Source: Balanoglossus misakiensis | Lineage: Eukaryota; Animalia; Hemichordata | Length of the DNA: 64,000 nucleotides | Reading direction: 5' to 3' | Assembly: GCA_040954595.2 (NCBI GenBank) | Contig: CM082591.2 | Coordinates: 6,452,595 to 6,516,594, forward strand | Shown here: positions 1 through 12,387 of the stretch, one piece after another | Numbering within the stretch: position 1 is the stretch's first letter | How the letters are laid out: the number at the start of each line of letters is the position of its first letter | Translations under genes and position numbers: made by a program | The notes under the pieces: model-generated | What the model was told of the DNA's origin: nothing | Database searches by the model: none | What the model saw: only the letters and a program-made list of their open reading frames with translations

Positions 1-306
1 CATCCAACCAACGCAGCTAAATGAAAAAGAAGATGATACTTATTACTACAAGGAACTAACATACATACATACATACATACATACGTACATACATACATAC
101 ATACATACATACATACATACATACATACATACATACATACATACATACATACATACATACATACATACATACATACATACATACATACATACATACATAC
201 ATACATACATACATACATACATACATACATACATACATACATACATACATACATACATACATACATACATCAATACATACATACATACCTACATACATAC
301 ATACAT

Positions 307-338
<32 letters not shown>

Positions 339-377
339 CATACATACATACATACATACATACATACATACATACAT

Positions 378-438
<61 letters not shown>

Positions 439-445
439 TATACAT

Positions 446-480
<35 letters not shown>

Positions 481-1261
481 TATGACCAGAGGCTTTGAAA
501 ACAACGAAACTTACTATTTCGACTGCGTCTGCAGGAACTCTTGCAACAAAACCTTTCATCAGACTTGTCACATTTATTTGGAAGTCAATATGCGACCCAT
601 GTTCTTCAGAAAGGGCCTGGAATCTTGCTTCGAAATCTGCCAATTCTTCATCGGTAAGACCGTCCTGAACGATAAATGATGTTTAATGAATACACACTGT
701 CGAACTCAGAAATATTTAGCATGAACCATTGAACTTGGACACGGTCATAGAACAGCAACGACCGAACATTTTGAACATATGTCTTTAGTATGTGTACAAC
801 TTGTACAACAAACGAAGGAATGGTGTTCATTCTCCTTCTTTCACTTTAATGATTTTGCTTATCATTAACCATATCGAAGTTACATATATACAAAATATAC
901 GACCAAACGTGTTTTCATAGGTTATTGTTTTTCCAACATCACAAATAACCATTACACTTGGATCAAAGCATAGTATAATCATGAATGTGATTATTTTACA
1001 TGCTTTTCAGAAGCAGCATGCATTAGTGTAAAATAAAAATCGTTTCCCTACCCTGAGTTTTACAATATATTCCTGGTCTATCTTCTCGTCTCCAGCAGGA
1101 ATCAGTGGAGCTTGATGTTCACGTTTGACGAAGCTCGGACGCAGTGCACGGATTCTTCGCTCTTCCTCAATCTTCCTCTTGTTTGTGCTGGCAGCTGTGA
1201 TCTGCACCACAAGCAATCCAAATATGCACAACCAAACCGCCAGGGATTGCGACGCGGTCAT
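1..1261 (-). CDS. 5' part of subtilisin-like (S8A, proteinase K/aqualysin type) serine protease, paralog A; gene continues beyond the window start
   Basis: Exons 1261-1052 ([24 protein letters not shown]..., signal peptide, then ...IDQEYIVKLR), 664-515 ([12 protein letters not shown]...[15 protein letters not shown]) and 16-<1 (LRWLD). All have GT/AG sites and the same exon lengths (210, 150) as the complete paralog at 6473-11416. YIVK and GF motifs are typical of the I9 propeptide. Confidence 0.88.
58..480. repeat. compound microsatellite (ATAC)n+(AGAC)n in intron
   Basis: Directly visible; a paralogous copy lies at 10393-10624. Confidence 0.98.
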
Positions 1262-1572
1262 GTTCGTCTGAAATGCCACGCTGTGAGATAAAACGTGTTA
1301 ATTATGATAAAAGTGCACGAAACTGACATATGTTCCCGATTTGCTCAGTAAAAAAGTTGTTTCCCTATTGAATTACATTTTTAATGAAACTCATGCCATT
1401 TCATGAAAATCGACAGATGTAATGTTACTGCTGAATAGTTAACTCTTCAAGAACCAATACCTTTGTTTTCCACGACGTACAAAACACAGTTGAAGGAGGT
1501 TCAGCAAGAGTCTCCGCTTACCAGTGTCGATGCAACGAAGTGCAGCAGTAACTTTCTCCTCAGAATATTGGC

Positions 1573-1578
1573 TTTATA
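1573..1578 (-). promoter_or_regulatory. putative TATA box of protease paralog A
   Basis: TATAAA on the minus strand, conserved in the paralog (11740-11745), upstream of candidate non-coding-exon donors (~1521 GTAAGC, ~1460 GTATTG) that are also conserved. Confidence 0.5.
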
Positions 1579-1859
1579 AATGCACTTCTGCGCTATTGGC
1601 CTTGTCCAAAAATAATTTTTCATGCATATTAAGTACATTGACCTCTCTAATGTTCCATCAATTTTGTGTTTCCTTTGATCGAGTGACAGGTAGGTCATCC
1701 AGACACACTTTCCACACAATAGAGATTTGAATTTCTTAGTGACACTCCGCCTACATGCTCTTCGCCACGTCAGCCAAACTGTGGATATTTTTTTAAACTA
1801 CTGTAAACATGAGGGTTTGCCTTGCTGAGCGTTACACGAGCGCTCCCAGGGAGTTCAGG

Positions 1860-2147
1860 ATTCATTCATTCATTCATTCATTCATTCATTCATTCATTCA
1901 TTCATTCATTCATTCATTCATTCATTCATTCATTCATTCATTCATTCATTCATTCATTCATTCACTTACTCACTCACTCACTCACTCACCCACCCATCCA
2001 TCCATTCATCCATCCATCCATCCATCCATCCATCCATCCATCCATCCATCCATCCATCCATCAATCCATTCATTCATTCATTCATTCATTCATTCATTCA
2101 TTCATTCATTCATTCATTCATTCATTCATTCATTCATTCATTCATTC
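1860..2147. repeat. compound microsatellite (TCAT)n/(CCAT)n/(TCAC)n
   Basis: Directly visible; a paralogous copy lies at 12034-12387. Confidence 0.98.
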
Positions 2148-5100
2148 ACTCTTTATTTTTTTATTTATTAATTTATTTATTTACAACCTTAAAGAGCGTC
2201 CGATTTACCTGTTGAGTATATTCATCAGGGCTCGTACAACACAAATTACATAGGAAACTGACGGCATTATTCTACATGCATCTCTATACTGTTATAGCCA
2301 TATAATACAAAATTCGTTGTTTCACGGATAACACATATGTTACAGCAGAAATTAGACCAAATGTGGAGAAAACATTGGGAATAGTCAAATAACACACGCA
2401 AAGCTCTCTTTTGCAAAATAAACAGAGAAAGGGTAGTTGGAGAAGTTACATTCTGTGGCTGCTGCATCTGCTGCGGAACCATATGAAAATGGGTTTGTAA
2501 TTTGACACTTTTAGCAGCAACCAATCACGAAGGGTATTGTGTTAACTCAGTCATTGGATATAAATATTTTGATAATTTCCCGTGTGTCTGTGTGGGTGTT
2601 TGGGGGGGGGGGTGTCTGTGTGTGACCGTGTGTGTCGTGAATCCAGAAATATACCTGCCACGACATCCTATAAAATCCCATGCATATTAAATACTTTGAA
2701 CAAGAGAATGATTGTTATCCATCAAGCTATTTGTTTCCTTCTGAACGAGTGAGAGATAAATCATCCAGACACGCTGCCCGCACATTTGCATTTCTTAGTG
2801 ACATTCCGCCTACATGCTACTCACCAATGCCACGTCAGCCAGACTACGTATCTGTTCGAGCTGCGGTAAAGACGAACTTTTGTCTTGCTGATTTTTATAT
2901 GAGTGTTCCATTTGAGTTCAGGAATTAGCATTATCGCCATCTATATCTCGCAGTATTTTTAACAAAAAGGGAAAAGCGTAGTTGCGGAAGTTGAATTTTG
3001 GAGCTTTATCTATACCTGCTGCAACTGGTATCATATGCAAATGTGCCTGTAACTTGGCACTTTTGGCAACGACCATTTTTATTTACGATGGGTGTGGCAT
3101 TAACTCATTCTCCCTATATGTAGGCTGAGTTAAATAGATCATATCATGTGTGTGTCTCTCTCTCTGTATGTCTCTGTATGTCTGTGTGTGCTTGTGTGTG
3201 TATGCGTGTGTCTAGTGAATAGAGAAATATAGTTGCCATGACATCGTATTTTAATATTTTAACCATTTCCAGCATTAGCTTTTGCTTTTCGTCAAACTTC
3301 TAATTTGACACTTTGTATACCCGCATATATATTACTTTGCTTGGTAATTGCTTTTTTTTGTCTGTGATATATTAAAAATACACAAGTACACAACATTAAC
3401 AAGGACTAAAAATAAAGTAAAACTCGGCAGTGGCCAACAGACTGGACCGTTTAAGCCTCTATATAGAGCTGTCACTTTAATTTGTATTATTTTCGTGACT
3501 TTATTTTCCAACTTAAATTGGTCCATTTAATATCAGGTTCAGACAGGGAACAATTTGAGACACTATTTGCCTAATGGTAAACATAGAGCATTAATGACAA
3601 ACAAAACACAACACAATGGTGCCTTCATAATGATATAGGCAGTGGCAATAAGACGAACGCAACAAAACACTACATCATGACAAACAAAACACAACATAAT
3701 GGTGCCTTCCTAATGCTGCATGAGATTCAGAAGAACCTTAACAGCAAAACGGGAAACCATCAAGGCAGTCGTCTGAAGAACGACACTGTTGGGACAGAGT
3801 CCTTACAGCTAGGAAAGTTGAACCTATACACACTGCTGGTATTGAGAAGGCCTAACACACCCACGAGGAGCTACTAAAGGATCCTGATATTAGACCAGTC
3901 TTGTTGTGGATTATAGTTCAATTCAAGAGTTTGACCCTATTGAGTGTTCCCCGTATGGCCAAACAACCAAAGTTTATTTGTCGGCAATGGGATTTTACAC
4001 CTTACAATACATGTAAGGTACATAACGCGTAATCCTAACGTACATACATTGTGATGGTGAGGTCATTTTAGTGTGACCTTTACTGGCTAGTAAGATTTCT
4101 TTTGTTTAGGGTGACCAGGTGTTGATGAATATTCATTTGATTGACATGTATAAATTCACAATCATGCTACCATGTGGTCAGGCTGCTATTTTTTCGATGG
4201 ACATTGTGCCGATAACTTCAGTGCTGGGGACTCCATGCTGCTGTTTGGGACTATTTTGCAGGCCGTTTTGTTCGACTTCAAGGACTTCAGAAGTTGTGAG
4301 TGCATGCACACCACTCGGGCCAAAACCAGACTTTGTTGCTGTTTTGTTTGACTTCGAGTTGTAAGTACACACCACTCGGACCGAAACCAGACTTTCCTGT
4401 ACGTCGGAAGTCTTTGACTTTACTGCATATTTGCTCCTCGTGTGCTTCACGACTGGAGTCCTAGCTGAGTATACGGAGTGCTGTGTGTGTTGCTCAGTTT
4501 GGTTCGCATTCATTGTTTTATGACCTGTGACTCCTTTTTTGCCTGCAACTTAATTTTGTTAGTATAGCGAATAGCCATTAAAGGCACATGAGCTGCAACT
4601 GGATAAAAAAAATTAAAGTTTTAAATAATCTCGTATGTGCTTTTAATCATGTCTTTTCAATGATATTTCATGATAATATATCAAGCTCAACACTTATTTA
4701 TTACAAAATGGCCAAAAATTACAGAAAAACGAATATTCCTGCAATTTTAAAAAAAGTGCAATATTGCAATGACAAATGAAAATCTGATGTCTCAGTGGTG
4801 TACATTTACTTCCATGAGCTCAAGTGTATGAGATCATGTTTTGTTTATGAACTATCATAACCGGAAATGCAACATTTTCATTGTTTCTTGCATTTTCCCA
4901 TGGTGGCGGCCATAATCGCCTGCGGCAAAGCTTTATTATTTATCTGGTTAAAACTTGCATACGCACTCATATTTAAGGTTTATAATGCTTGTGTATAGTT
5001 CACTGCCTTCATCTGCATGGACTAATGGTAGGCAGTATGAAACAAAAATTATGAAAATTATCCCAAAAGTTACAGCTTACGTGCCTTTAAGTACTTTTTA

Positions 5101-6472
5101 TAAAAGGAAAACCACTGACTTCGCCCTTTCTGTCATAACAACATGTAAGTATATTTTATGCTTGAACAATGAAGCACAAATGTCACATAAATTTCGAAGC
5201 AGGTGGACTTTAACTGCAAATTTGAGTGGCAGAGCACTCCCCTCACACGCCATGTGCTGGACCCAAAACCGAAACCTGGTAACTCCAACCAGTTTTTTGT
5301 TTTCGATACTGTCCACCTGACTCCTACTTTTGGGGGGGGGGATCTGCAAAAACAGATGTCGCAGTTGTTTGGGAGATGTTACTCGGTTTGACGTTAATCG
5401 GGTAGACATATTTGTGTATAACCTTCATACGATTTTGTTTGCATTATGGTATGTATCTCAGACGGTAATGACCACATCGTGTACATCTGGAGAACATGTC
5501 TGTAGCGCCACCAAAGTTCAGCCCTGTTTTCTTGTTTGTTTGTTTGTGTCCATAGTGCAGTGAGAGACTCCAAGGCGGGCGCTCTCCATCGGAGCTGCTC
5601 TGTATGGGCAATGAACAGATCCAGTCCCCTGTCCTGTCCAAGTGTGTATGTAGATACAAAAGGTGGTTGCCTATAGTAACGTGTGGTTATGTCTCATGAA
5701 GACTGTGTAATTGGCATACGGAGTACTTGATATATTAGTGCGGAGTAGAACACGACATTGAATTTGGTACAAAGAACAAAAATACTGCACATAACGCCTA
5801 GCATTGAAGCCATTGTCCCTTTAACTATGCAGTGCAAGGCTTCTATAGGTGTTAGTTTTAATACAGCACTCGCTCGACTTAGTTTTCACATAATATCACT
5901 TTTCTGCGACAAGGATTACTTATGACTAAACGGATTTTTCGCTTATGAACATGACACTTTCGTTGAATACACACATGCAACATTTTCTGATGAGGCAGAG
6001 TTGAATTATCGCATTGTCTCAAACTTGAATTTCAAAATGGCCGCCTACATCTGCGTTAAGCAAAAAGTGTGGTTTTCTATCAACCGGACCGTCATCTAGA
6101 AGCGGCACCCATTTCCATACGTATGTATCTCTAACCTGACTCGTTGTAATGTCTTCCGTGGCATCTATACAGTATACGAACAGTTTGAACCATTGAATGA
6201 AGGTCGAAGTTTATTATTGCACACAGACAACATATCAAGGTCATAAATATTACATTTATTCCTCAAACATTTGCAGTGACAAGAATAATCACTTGACAAG
6301 ACACAGGAAGAAATCGAAGGTACATCAATAATAATTCAGTATATTCATGCATACATATTATATTTATTCCTTAGATAATTGCAATGCTAAGAAGAAATAG
6401 TAAATGTGAACCAATATTCATTGTAGTCATGCAATGCTAGATATTCGTGTTCACTTTGAATTGAAGGCTGAC

Positions 6473-9400
6473 TTACAGTGGAGTTCGGGGTCCACAATCA
6501 GCACAGTCGGTGCCGTAGTCGCAGACGCTGTATTGCGAATTGGGTCCGCCGTCATCGCATTCGTCGTCTGCGTTCCAATTGCAGGTGTACTCACACACGT
6601 CAGGGACAACTATTGGGCGTGGTCCGCAGTCAGCACAGTCGCTTCCGAACGCGCAGACGCTGTACAGCGAGTTGATTCCGCCGTCATCACATTCACCGTC
6701 GCCGTACCAAGAACAGGAAGTCTCGCACAATAATTGGGAAGCTATGCAAATGGAAAAAAAGGTACATGTACTTGCTTCAGCCAGTTCCTTATTTCGTCAC
6801 AAAGAACATCGGTATTAGACCAGAGATTTTCTATTCGAGAAAAGGTTGCACTATACTATACATGCGGTACGTCGTAAAGTATACTGTTTCGTGGCCAGTG
6901 TTTGATTGAAACACTCGATGTCGCCATCGTTGCTATATAGTATAATACTCAGTAAATTTTAAAATCAATCGCAACGCTGCCTTACTATAAAACCAATATT
7001 ACATTTTCAACACTGGTTTGAAGGACGCATTTTATGTTTTAGAATATACTTATAGTGATATATATAAACTATACGTAGTTTATAGAGAAAATATTACCTT
7101 GCTGGCAAACGAAATATCTTGGTGAGTCACATGGAGTATCGTCCCATTTGTGACCGGCTCCGGCCCTGCATAATGATAAAGGACACAGATTAATAGAATC
7201 TCACACTCCCAAGGACCTGGGAGTGAATGAACGTTCAACCACACTCAACTTCCATCCAAATTGTAGACACAAGAGTGAAAAACTCGCCAAAAATGAATAA
7301 ACGGTAAACACCGATTATTTATTTTGGCGAGATTTTTACTCTCATATCCTACAAACGGGATGGAAGATGTGTGTGGTTCAATGTTGATTCACTATATATC
7401 CACATGTACATTAATATAAACAGTGTCTTTTATCAAACATAATTAATGGAAAAAGGGGCAGTGAGAGAGAGAGACTTTGTCCCTTTAAGTAAACGTGTGA
7501 ACTCACCACAGCTGTAAGCAACGACCACTTCCATTGGGTTCTCCACTTTGCCATGGCTGGTAACTACCCAGTGGGTTGCCCTCGGTGGTGACCCATGCAT
7601 TAGACGAGTCTTGTCTGCCGTTTAACCAGATGTCTGATGATCCTACTCCACTGCTCTGGAGCAGTGCAACGATAGTTGAATGCTTGTCTGCATTTGTGTC
7701 GTGGACTATGGCCATGCCGTTTGCCTGACATGTACTATATGCTGCTTCGAACGTCTTGGCTTCGGTGAATAATCTCAGTTCTGCACAGATACAGGATATA
7801 CATACGATAAGGTCAACGGTGGCAACTGTAGTGATGTATCGTTTTTTGGTAAATCTCTTTACAAGAAATCACTACATTTGAACAAGCAAAAGACCGCTCA
7901 TTTGAAAGAAATGCGGCGACTTACCACCATTATTTGCAGGAATATTTAGAAGCTTATTAGGTGTTGATGCACGTTGGCTGTCGGTCAAACGAGACATATC
8001 AACTTTATCTGATGGGGCAGCGTCCAACAATTGACTCAACAGCGTGGTTTGAGTGAGAGATGAGTCCGCTTGAAGCATCAGAGCCGCAACACCTTCGGAA
8101 AGTAAAGACATTTTATATTGAGACGGATGGAAGTTATATACGTGTAGCGCCCTCACTCAGAAGCATTTGGAGGGGACAGCCTCACTTTGGAGAGGAAGCC
8201 ATCTTTGATTTGGTATGTATGTCTTGTGAAGGTGCAGCATTGCACGTGTGGTATGTTCAGTGCTGAGAAATGCAACGCCTTGTGCTCGTTTCAATATCAC
8301 ATGAACACGCGTGCTAGGGGGATGGGTGATTTCTTATGTCGGCAGAATTTGCCAAGCCACTAACCAGCTACATGAGGAGTTGCCATCGAGGTTCCACTCA
8401 TAGTGGTGTAGCTGCCATCTCCGCTGTAGGAGGCGCTGTAGACGTCACTTCCGGGTGCCTGAATGTTGACGCAGCTGCCGTGATTTGAATAATAGGCCAA
8501 GTCATCATCGGATTCGGTCGCCCCTACTGTGATTGCCTGCAACGTAAAATATGAACAATGGTAGCTGCGATAGAGAGGTGTATATTAAAACACACACAGT
8601 AATTTGCATTTGTTCAATGATTCAAGACGTACACTACGGAGTCCAACTGTTGATGTTCAATAACCATAATATTATGGAATCCAAATCAGTCAGCAAAATA
8701 CAAACACATACACCTCATTAACTCTAAAACCAGGGATTGTTTTACCAACAATCCTTTCACCCCAGTTCCTTCCATGCAGGTCCAACATTACCATAGAAAA
8801 CAATGGGTTTGGACTGAACCATGGTGGTGGAAGGGGTGAGACACGCATAGTTCTCGGTCATGATTGCACGTCGACGTTCTACTCAAATCCCAATGCCTCG
8901 ACGTATTTAAAGTATGTGTTTCCATACGTCAAATGTATTACCTCAGGAGCCGATGCAGGTGACCTGGTACAGGCGTCTGTATTCTCGTTTCCAGCGGCAA
9001 CGACGACGATGTACCCAGCATCGGTTAAACGTTTGACTGCCAAATTCGAAGTTGTGGAGTGTCCACCGCCAAGCGACATGGAGACCACTGCTGGTTTCAT
9101 ATTGGAAGCGGCGACTGCGTCCATGCCTGCGAGAATAAGTAACGTCAGCCTGTATGTTCAAACGGTTCTGTACGGATAGTACATTGTAATTTTCATTCAC
9201 CATGTATCAAAACGAAGACAACTACAAAGTTGTACTTTTTTCGGACAATTTTAGCGCGATTTGTTTGCTATATCACAGACAAAGAGAAAGAATCTCTTTG
9301 TCTGTGTCTGTGACTATATACACACTGTTATAACCTGGTCTCACCTGCAACAACGCCACTGGTTGACCCACTACCTTGGCAATTCAAAACACGACCCGCA

Positions 9401-10540
9401 TACAAAGTAACACCAGGTGCAACGCCAACAGTGCTCCCGCCGATAGTACCAGCACAGTGAGTACCGTGTCCATGACAGTCATTTCCCTGCAAAACGGATA
9501 GACCAAAGAGAAATATTAACACAAAACTTCTCAAATTGTCAAAAGATCCTGAAAAAAATATCGGTCGTATATCTCTTAAGTTGTCTTGAAACACGGACGA
9601 GCGTTTTTCTTCTCATCTTTTATTATCATTTTATGCAGTGTAAAATTTTAGATTTTGTTTGCTGGTTTAACATAATTAGTAGAGTAACCGAACTGTTTCT
9701 AACAAAATTGCAATCTCTGCAATAAGGCAACATTGTATCTCTAAGACGGGCCTTAAATCTCAAACATTGGTTCAAACTTACATTTTGTCCATCTGAAAAG
9801 GCGTCGAAAAAGCTAAATGCTCTACCGCCAAACTCGTTATGTGAGAAACGTATGCCAGTATCCAAGACGAAGACATTCACTCCACTACCGTCCCCTATTA
9901 ATAGAAGAAGTCGTGTATGTGGTCATCTTTGTCTAACCTATTAAAGTAATTGGTTGACAGCGAATGTGAAATGGTAAGATAGCAAGTGTTATTATTACGG
10001 TTAATGATTTTATTTAACGTTAACTGAATACCGTATACCATATTGTGATAACCATACTGGTTACCCATGCAATCAACTAGTGAAATCTAACGCACTAGTA
10101 GTAGTTGACTTAATCAAAAGCATTGCCTGTAATAAATCCACAACTTAATACAAGATTAAACCACTTTTCAAAAAATGTAAACTTAAGGGTAAAAGATATA
10201 AACCTTACCTAGTGGTGATGATGAATATATGTTATCCAAAGGCAGGTCTGCTTGATCAATCCTGTCCAAGCCCCATGTCACTGATCCATGGATAACTTCG
10301 TCTTCCTCAACAAACTCCACCTCATCCAACCAACGCAGCTAAATGAAAATAAAAATAAAAAGGATGATACTAATTACTACAAGGAAGGAAAATGCATGCA
10401 TGCATGCATGCATACATACATACATACATACATACATACATACATACATACATACATACATACATACATACATACATACATACATACATACATACATACA
10501 TACATACATACATACATACATACATACATACATACACACA

Positions 10541-10572
<32 letters not shown>

Positions 10573-10581
10573 CACACACAT

Positions 10582-10612
<31 letters not shown>

Positions 10613-11416
10613 GGAAGACAGACATATGACCAGAGGCTTTGAAAACAACGAATCTTACTATTTCGACTGCGTCTGCGGGAACTCTTGCAACAAAACCTTT
10701 CATCAGACTAGTCACATCTACTTGGAAGTCTATATGCAATCCACGTTGTTCAGCAAGCTCCTGGAATCTTCTTTCGAAAGCTGCCAATTCTTCATCGGTA
10801 AGACCGTCCTGAACGATAAATGAATTTTAATGAATACACACTATCAAACTCAGAAATATTTTACATGAACCATTGAACTTGGACACGGTCATAGAATAGC
10901 AACGACCAAACGTTTTGAACATATGTCCTTAGTATGTGTACAACTTGTACAACAAACGAATGAATGGCTTTCGTTCTACTTTTTCACTTTAATGATTTTA
11001 CTTATCATTTACTATATCGAAGTTTCGGTACGTCATATACAAAATATACTACGACCAAGCGTGTTTTCATAGGTTATTGTTTTTCCAACATTCACAACTA
11101 GCCATTTCACTCGGATCAAAGCATAGTATTATCGCAAATGTGATTAATTTTACATGCTACACAGAAGCGACATGCATTTCTGTATACTAAAAAATCGCTT
11201 CCTTACCCTCAGTTTGACTATGTATTCATCGTCTATCCGTTCTTCTCCGGCGTGGATCAATGGAGCTTGAGTTTCACGTTTCACGAAGCTCGGACGCAGC
11301 GCACGGATTCTTCGCTCTTCCGCAACCTTCCTCTTATTTTTGCCGGCTGCTGTGATCTGCACCACAAGCAGTGCAAACACGCAGAACCAAATCGCCGCGG
11401 ATCGCGTTGTGATCAT
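6473..11416 (-). CDS. secreted subtilisin-like protease (S8A, proteinase K/aqualysin type) with I9-like prodomain, C-type lectin domain and two Cys-rich C-terminal repeats, paralog B (~626 aa)
   Basis: Exons 11416-11207, 10808-10659, 10338-10209, 9894-9782, 9486-9345, 9126-8942, 8536-8365, 8092-7925, 7780-7507, 7165-7098 and 6741-6473 join in frame with GT-AG sites (1881 nt). Motifs: TWGLDRIDQ, catalytic D in VLDTG, H in HGHGTHCAG, oxyanion N in VAAGN, S in [15 protein letters not shown]: WLNG...WQSGEPN...C...WDD.PC...FVC. Confidence 0.92.
7222..7484. mobile_element. left-truncated copy of the 350-bp TTAA-flanked (Kolobok/T2-like) MITE
   Basis: Same internal sequence and right end (...gagagagactttgtccct|ttaa) as the copies at 35302-35651 and 36172-36517; lies in an intron of the protease gene. 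Confidence 0.85.
10393..10624. repeat. compound microsatellite (ATGC)n(ATAC)n(ACGC)n(AC)n(AGAC)n
   Basis: Directly visible. Confidence 0.97.
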
Positions 11417-11739
11417 GATCGTCTGAAATGCCATGATGAGAGAAAAAAACATGTTATTTAAGATAAAAGTGCACGAAACTGATATATGTTTCTTGATTTA
11501 CTCGGTAAAACGTTTTTCCTTATTGGATGACAGTTTCTTAATGCAACTCATGTCATTTCATGGAAATCGACAGAAACAAAAAAAGTCATCTAATGCTACT
11601 ACTGAATAGTTTAAGCTTCAAGAACCATACCTTTGTTTTCCTCGATGTTTGAAACACAGTTGAAGGAGGTCCAGCAAGAGACTCTGCTTACCAGTGTTGA
11701 TGCAACGAAGTGCAGTAACTTTCTCCTCAGAACATTGGC

Positions 11740-11745
11740 TTTATA
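11740..11745 (-). promoter_or_regulatory. putative TATA box of protease paralog B
   Basis: TATAAA on the minus strand, in the same context as 1573-1578. Confidence 0.5.
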
Positions 11746-12033
11746 AATGCACTGCTGCGTTAATTAGCCTTGGTCCCAAAATAAATTTTCATGCATACAA
11801 AATACATTTTAACCTATTTAATGAATTGATTTCCATCAATTTTATGTTTTCCTTCTGAATGAGAGATAAATCATCCAGACACACAAAAGAGATTTGCATT
11901 TCTTAGTGACAATCCGCCTACATGCTCTTCGCCAGTGCCACGTCAGCCAAACTGTGGATATTTTTTTAAAACTGCTGTAAACATGAGGGTTTGCCTTGCT
12001 GAGCTTTACACGAGCGCTCCCTGGGAGTTCAGG

Positions 12034-12387
12034 ATTCATTCATTCATTCATTCATTCATTCATTCATTCATTCATTCATTCATTCATTCATTCATTCATT
12101 CATTCATTCACTCGTTCGTTCGTTCATTCATTCATCCATCCATCCATCCATCCATCCATCCATCCATCCGTCCGTCCGTCCGTCCGTCCGTCCGTCCATT
12201 CATTCATTCATTCATCCATCCATCCATCCATCCATCCATCCATCCATCCATCCATCCATCCATCCATCCATCCATCCATTCATTCATTCATTCATTCATT
12301 CATTCATTCATTCATTCATTCATTCATTCATTCATTCATTCATTCATTCATTCATTCATTCATTCATTCATTCATTCATTCATTCAA
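12034..12387. repeat. compound microsatellite (TCAT)n/(CCAT)n/(CCGT)n
   Basis: Directly visible. Confidence 0.98.

Larger units (their letters stand above)
1..3429. repeat. segmental/tandem duplication copy 1 of protease locus (matches ~10323-13849)
   Basis: Colinear similarity across exons, introns, microsatellites and upstream DNA. It ends after '...aaataaagta...aaactcggc' in both copies. Confidence 0.93.

Noticed and set aside
46-504. ORFs with MYVC/CLSV/HTYI/HSFI repeats (also 1809-2253, 10288-10823, 11935-12435, 25704-25994)
   Set aside because: Translations of microsatellites.
3430-6200. Intergenic ORFs of 60-120 aa and a short duplicated motif (3594-3631/3677-3714)
   Set aside because: No recognisable domains or consistent splice structure; probably decayed repeat DNA that I cannot classify.
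11417-11452. Upstream ATG (11434) as protease start
   Set aside because: Not conserved in paralog A (GTG) and lies upstream of a conserved tttcag acceptor. The ATG at 11416/1261 is shared and precedes the signal peptide.
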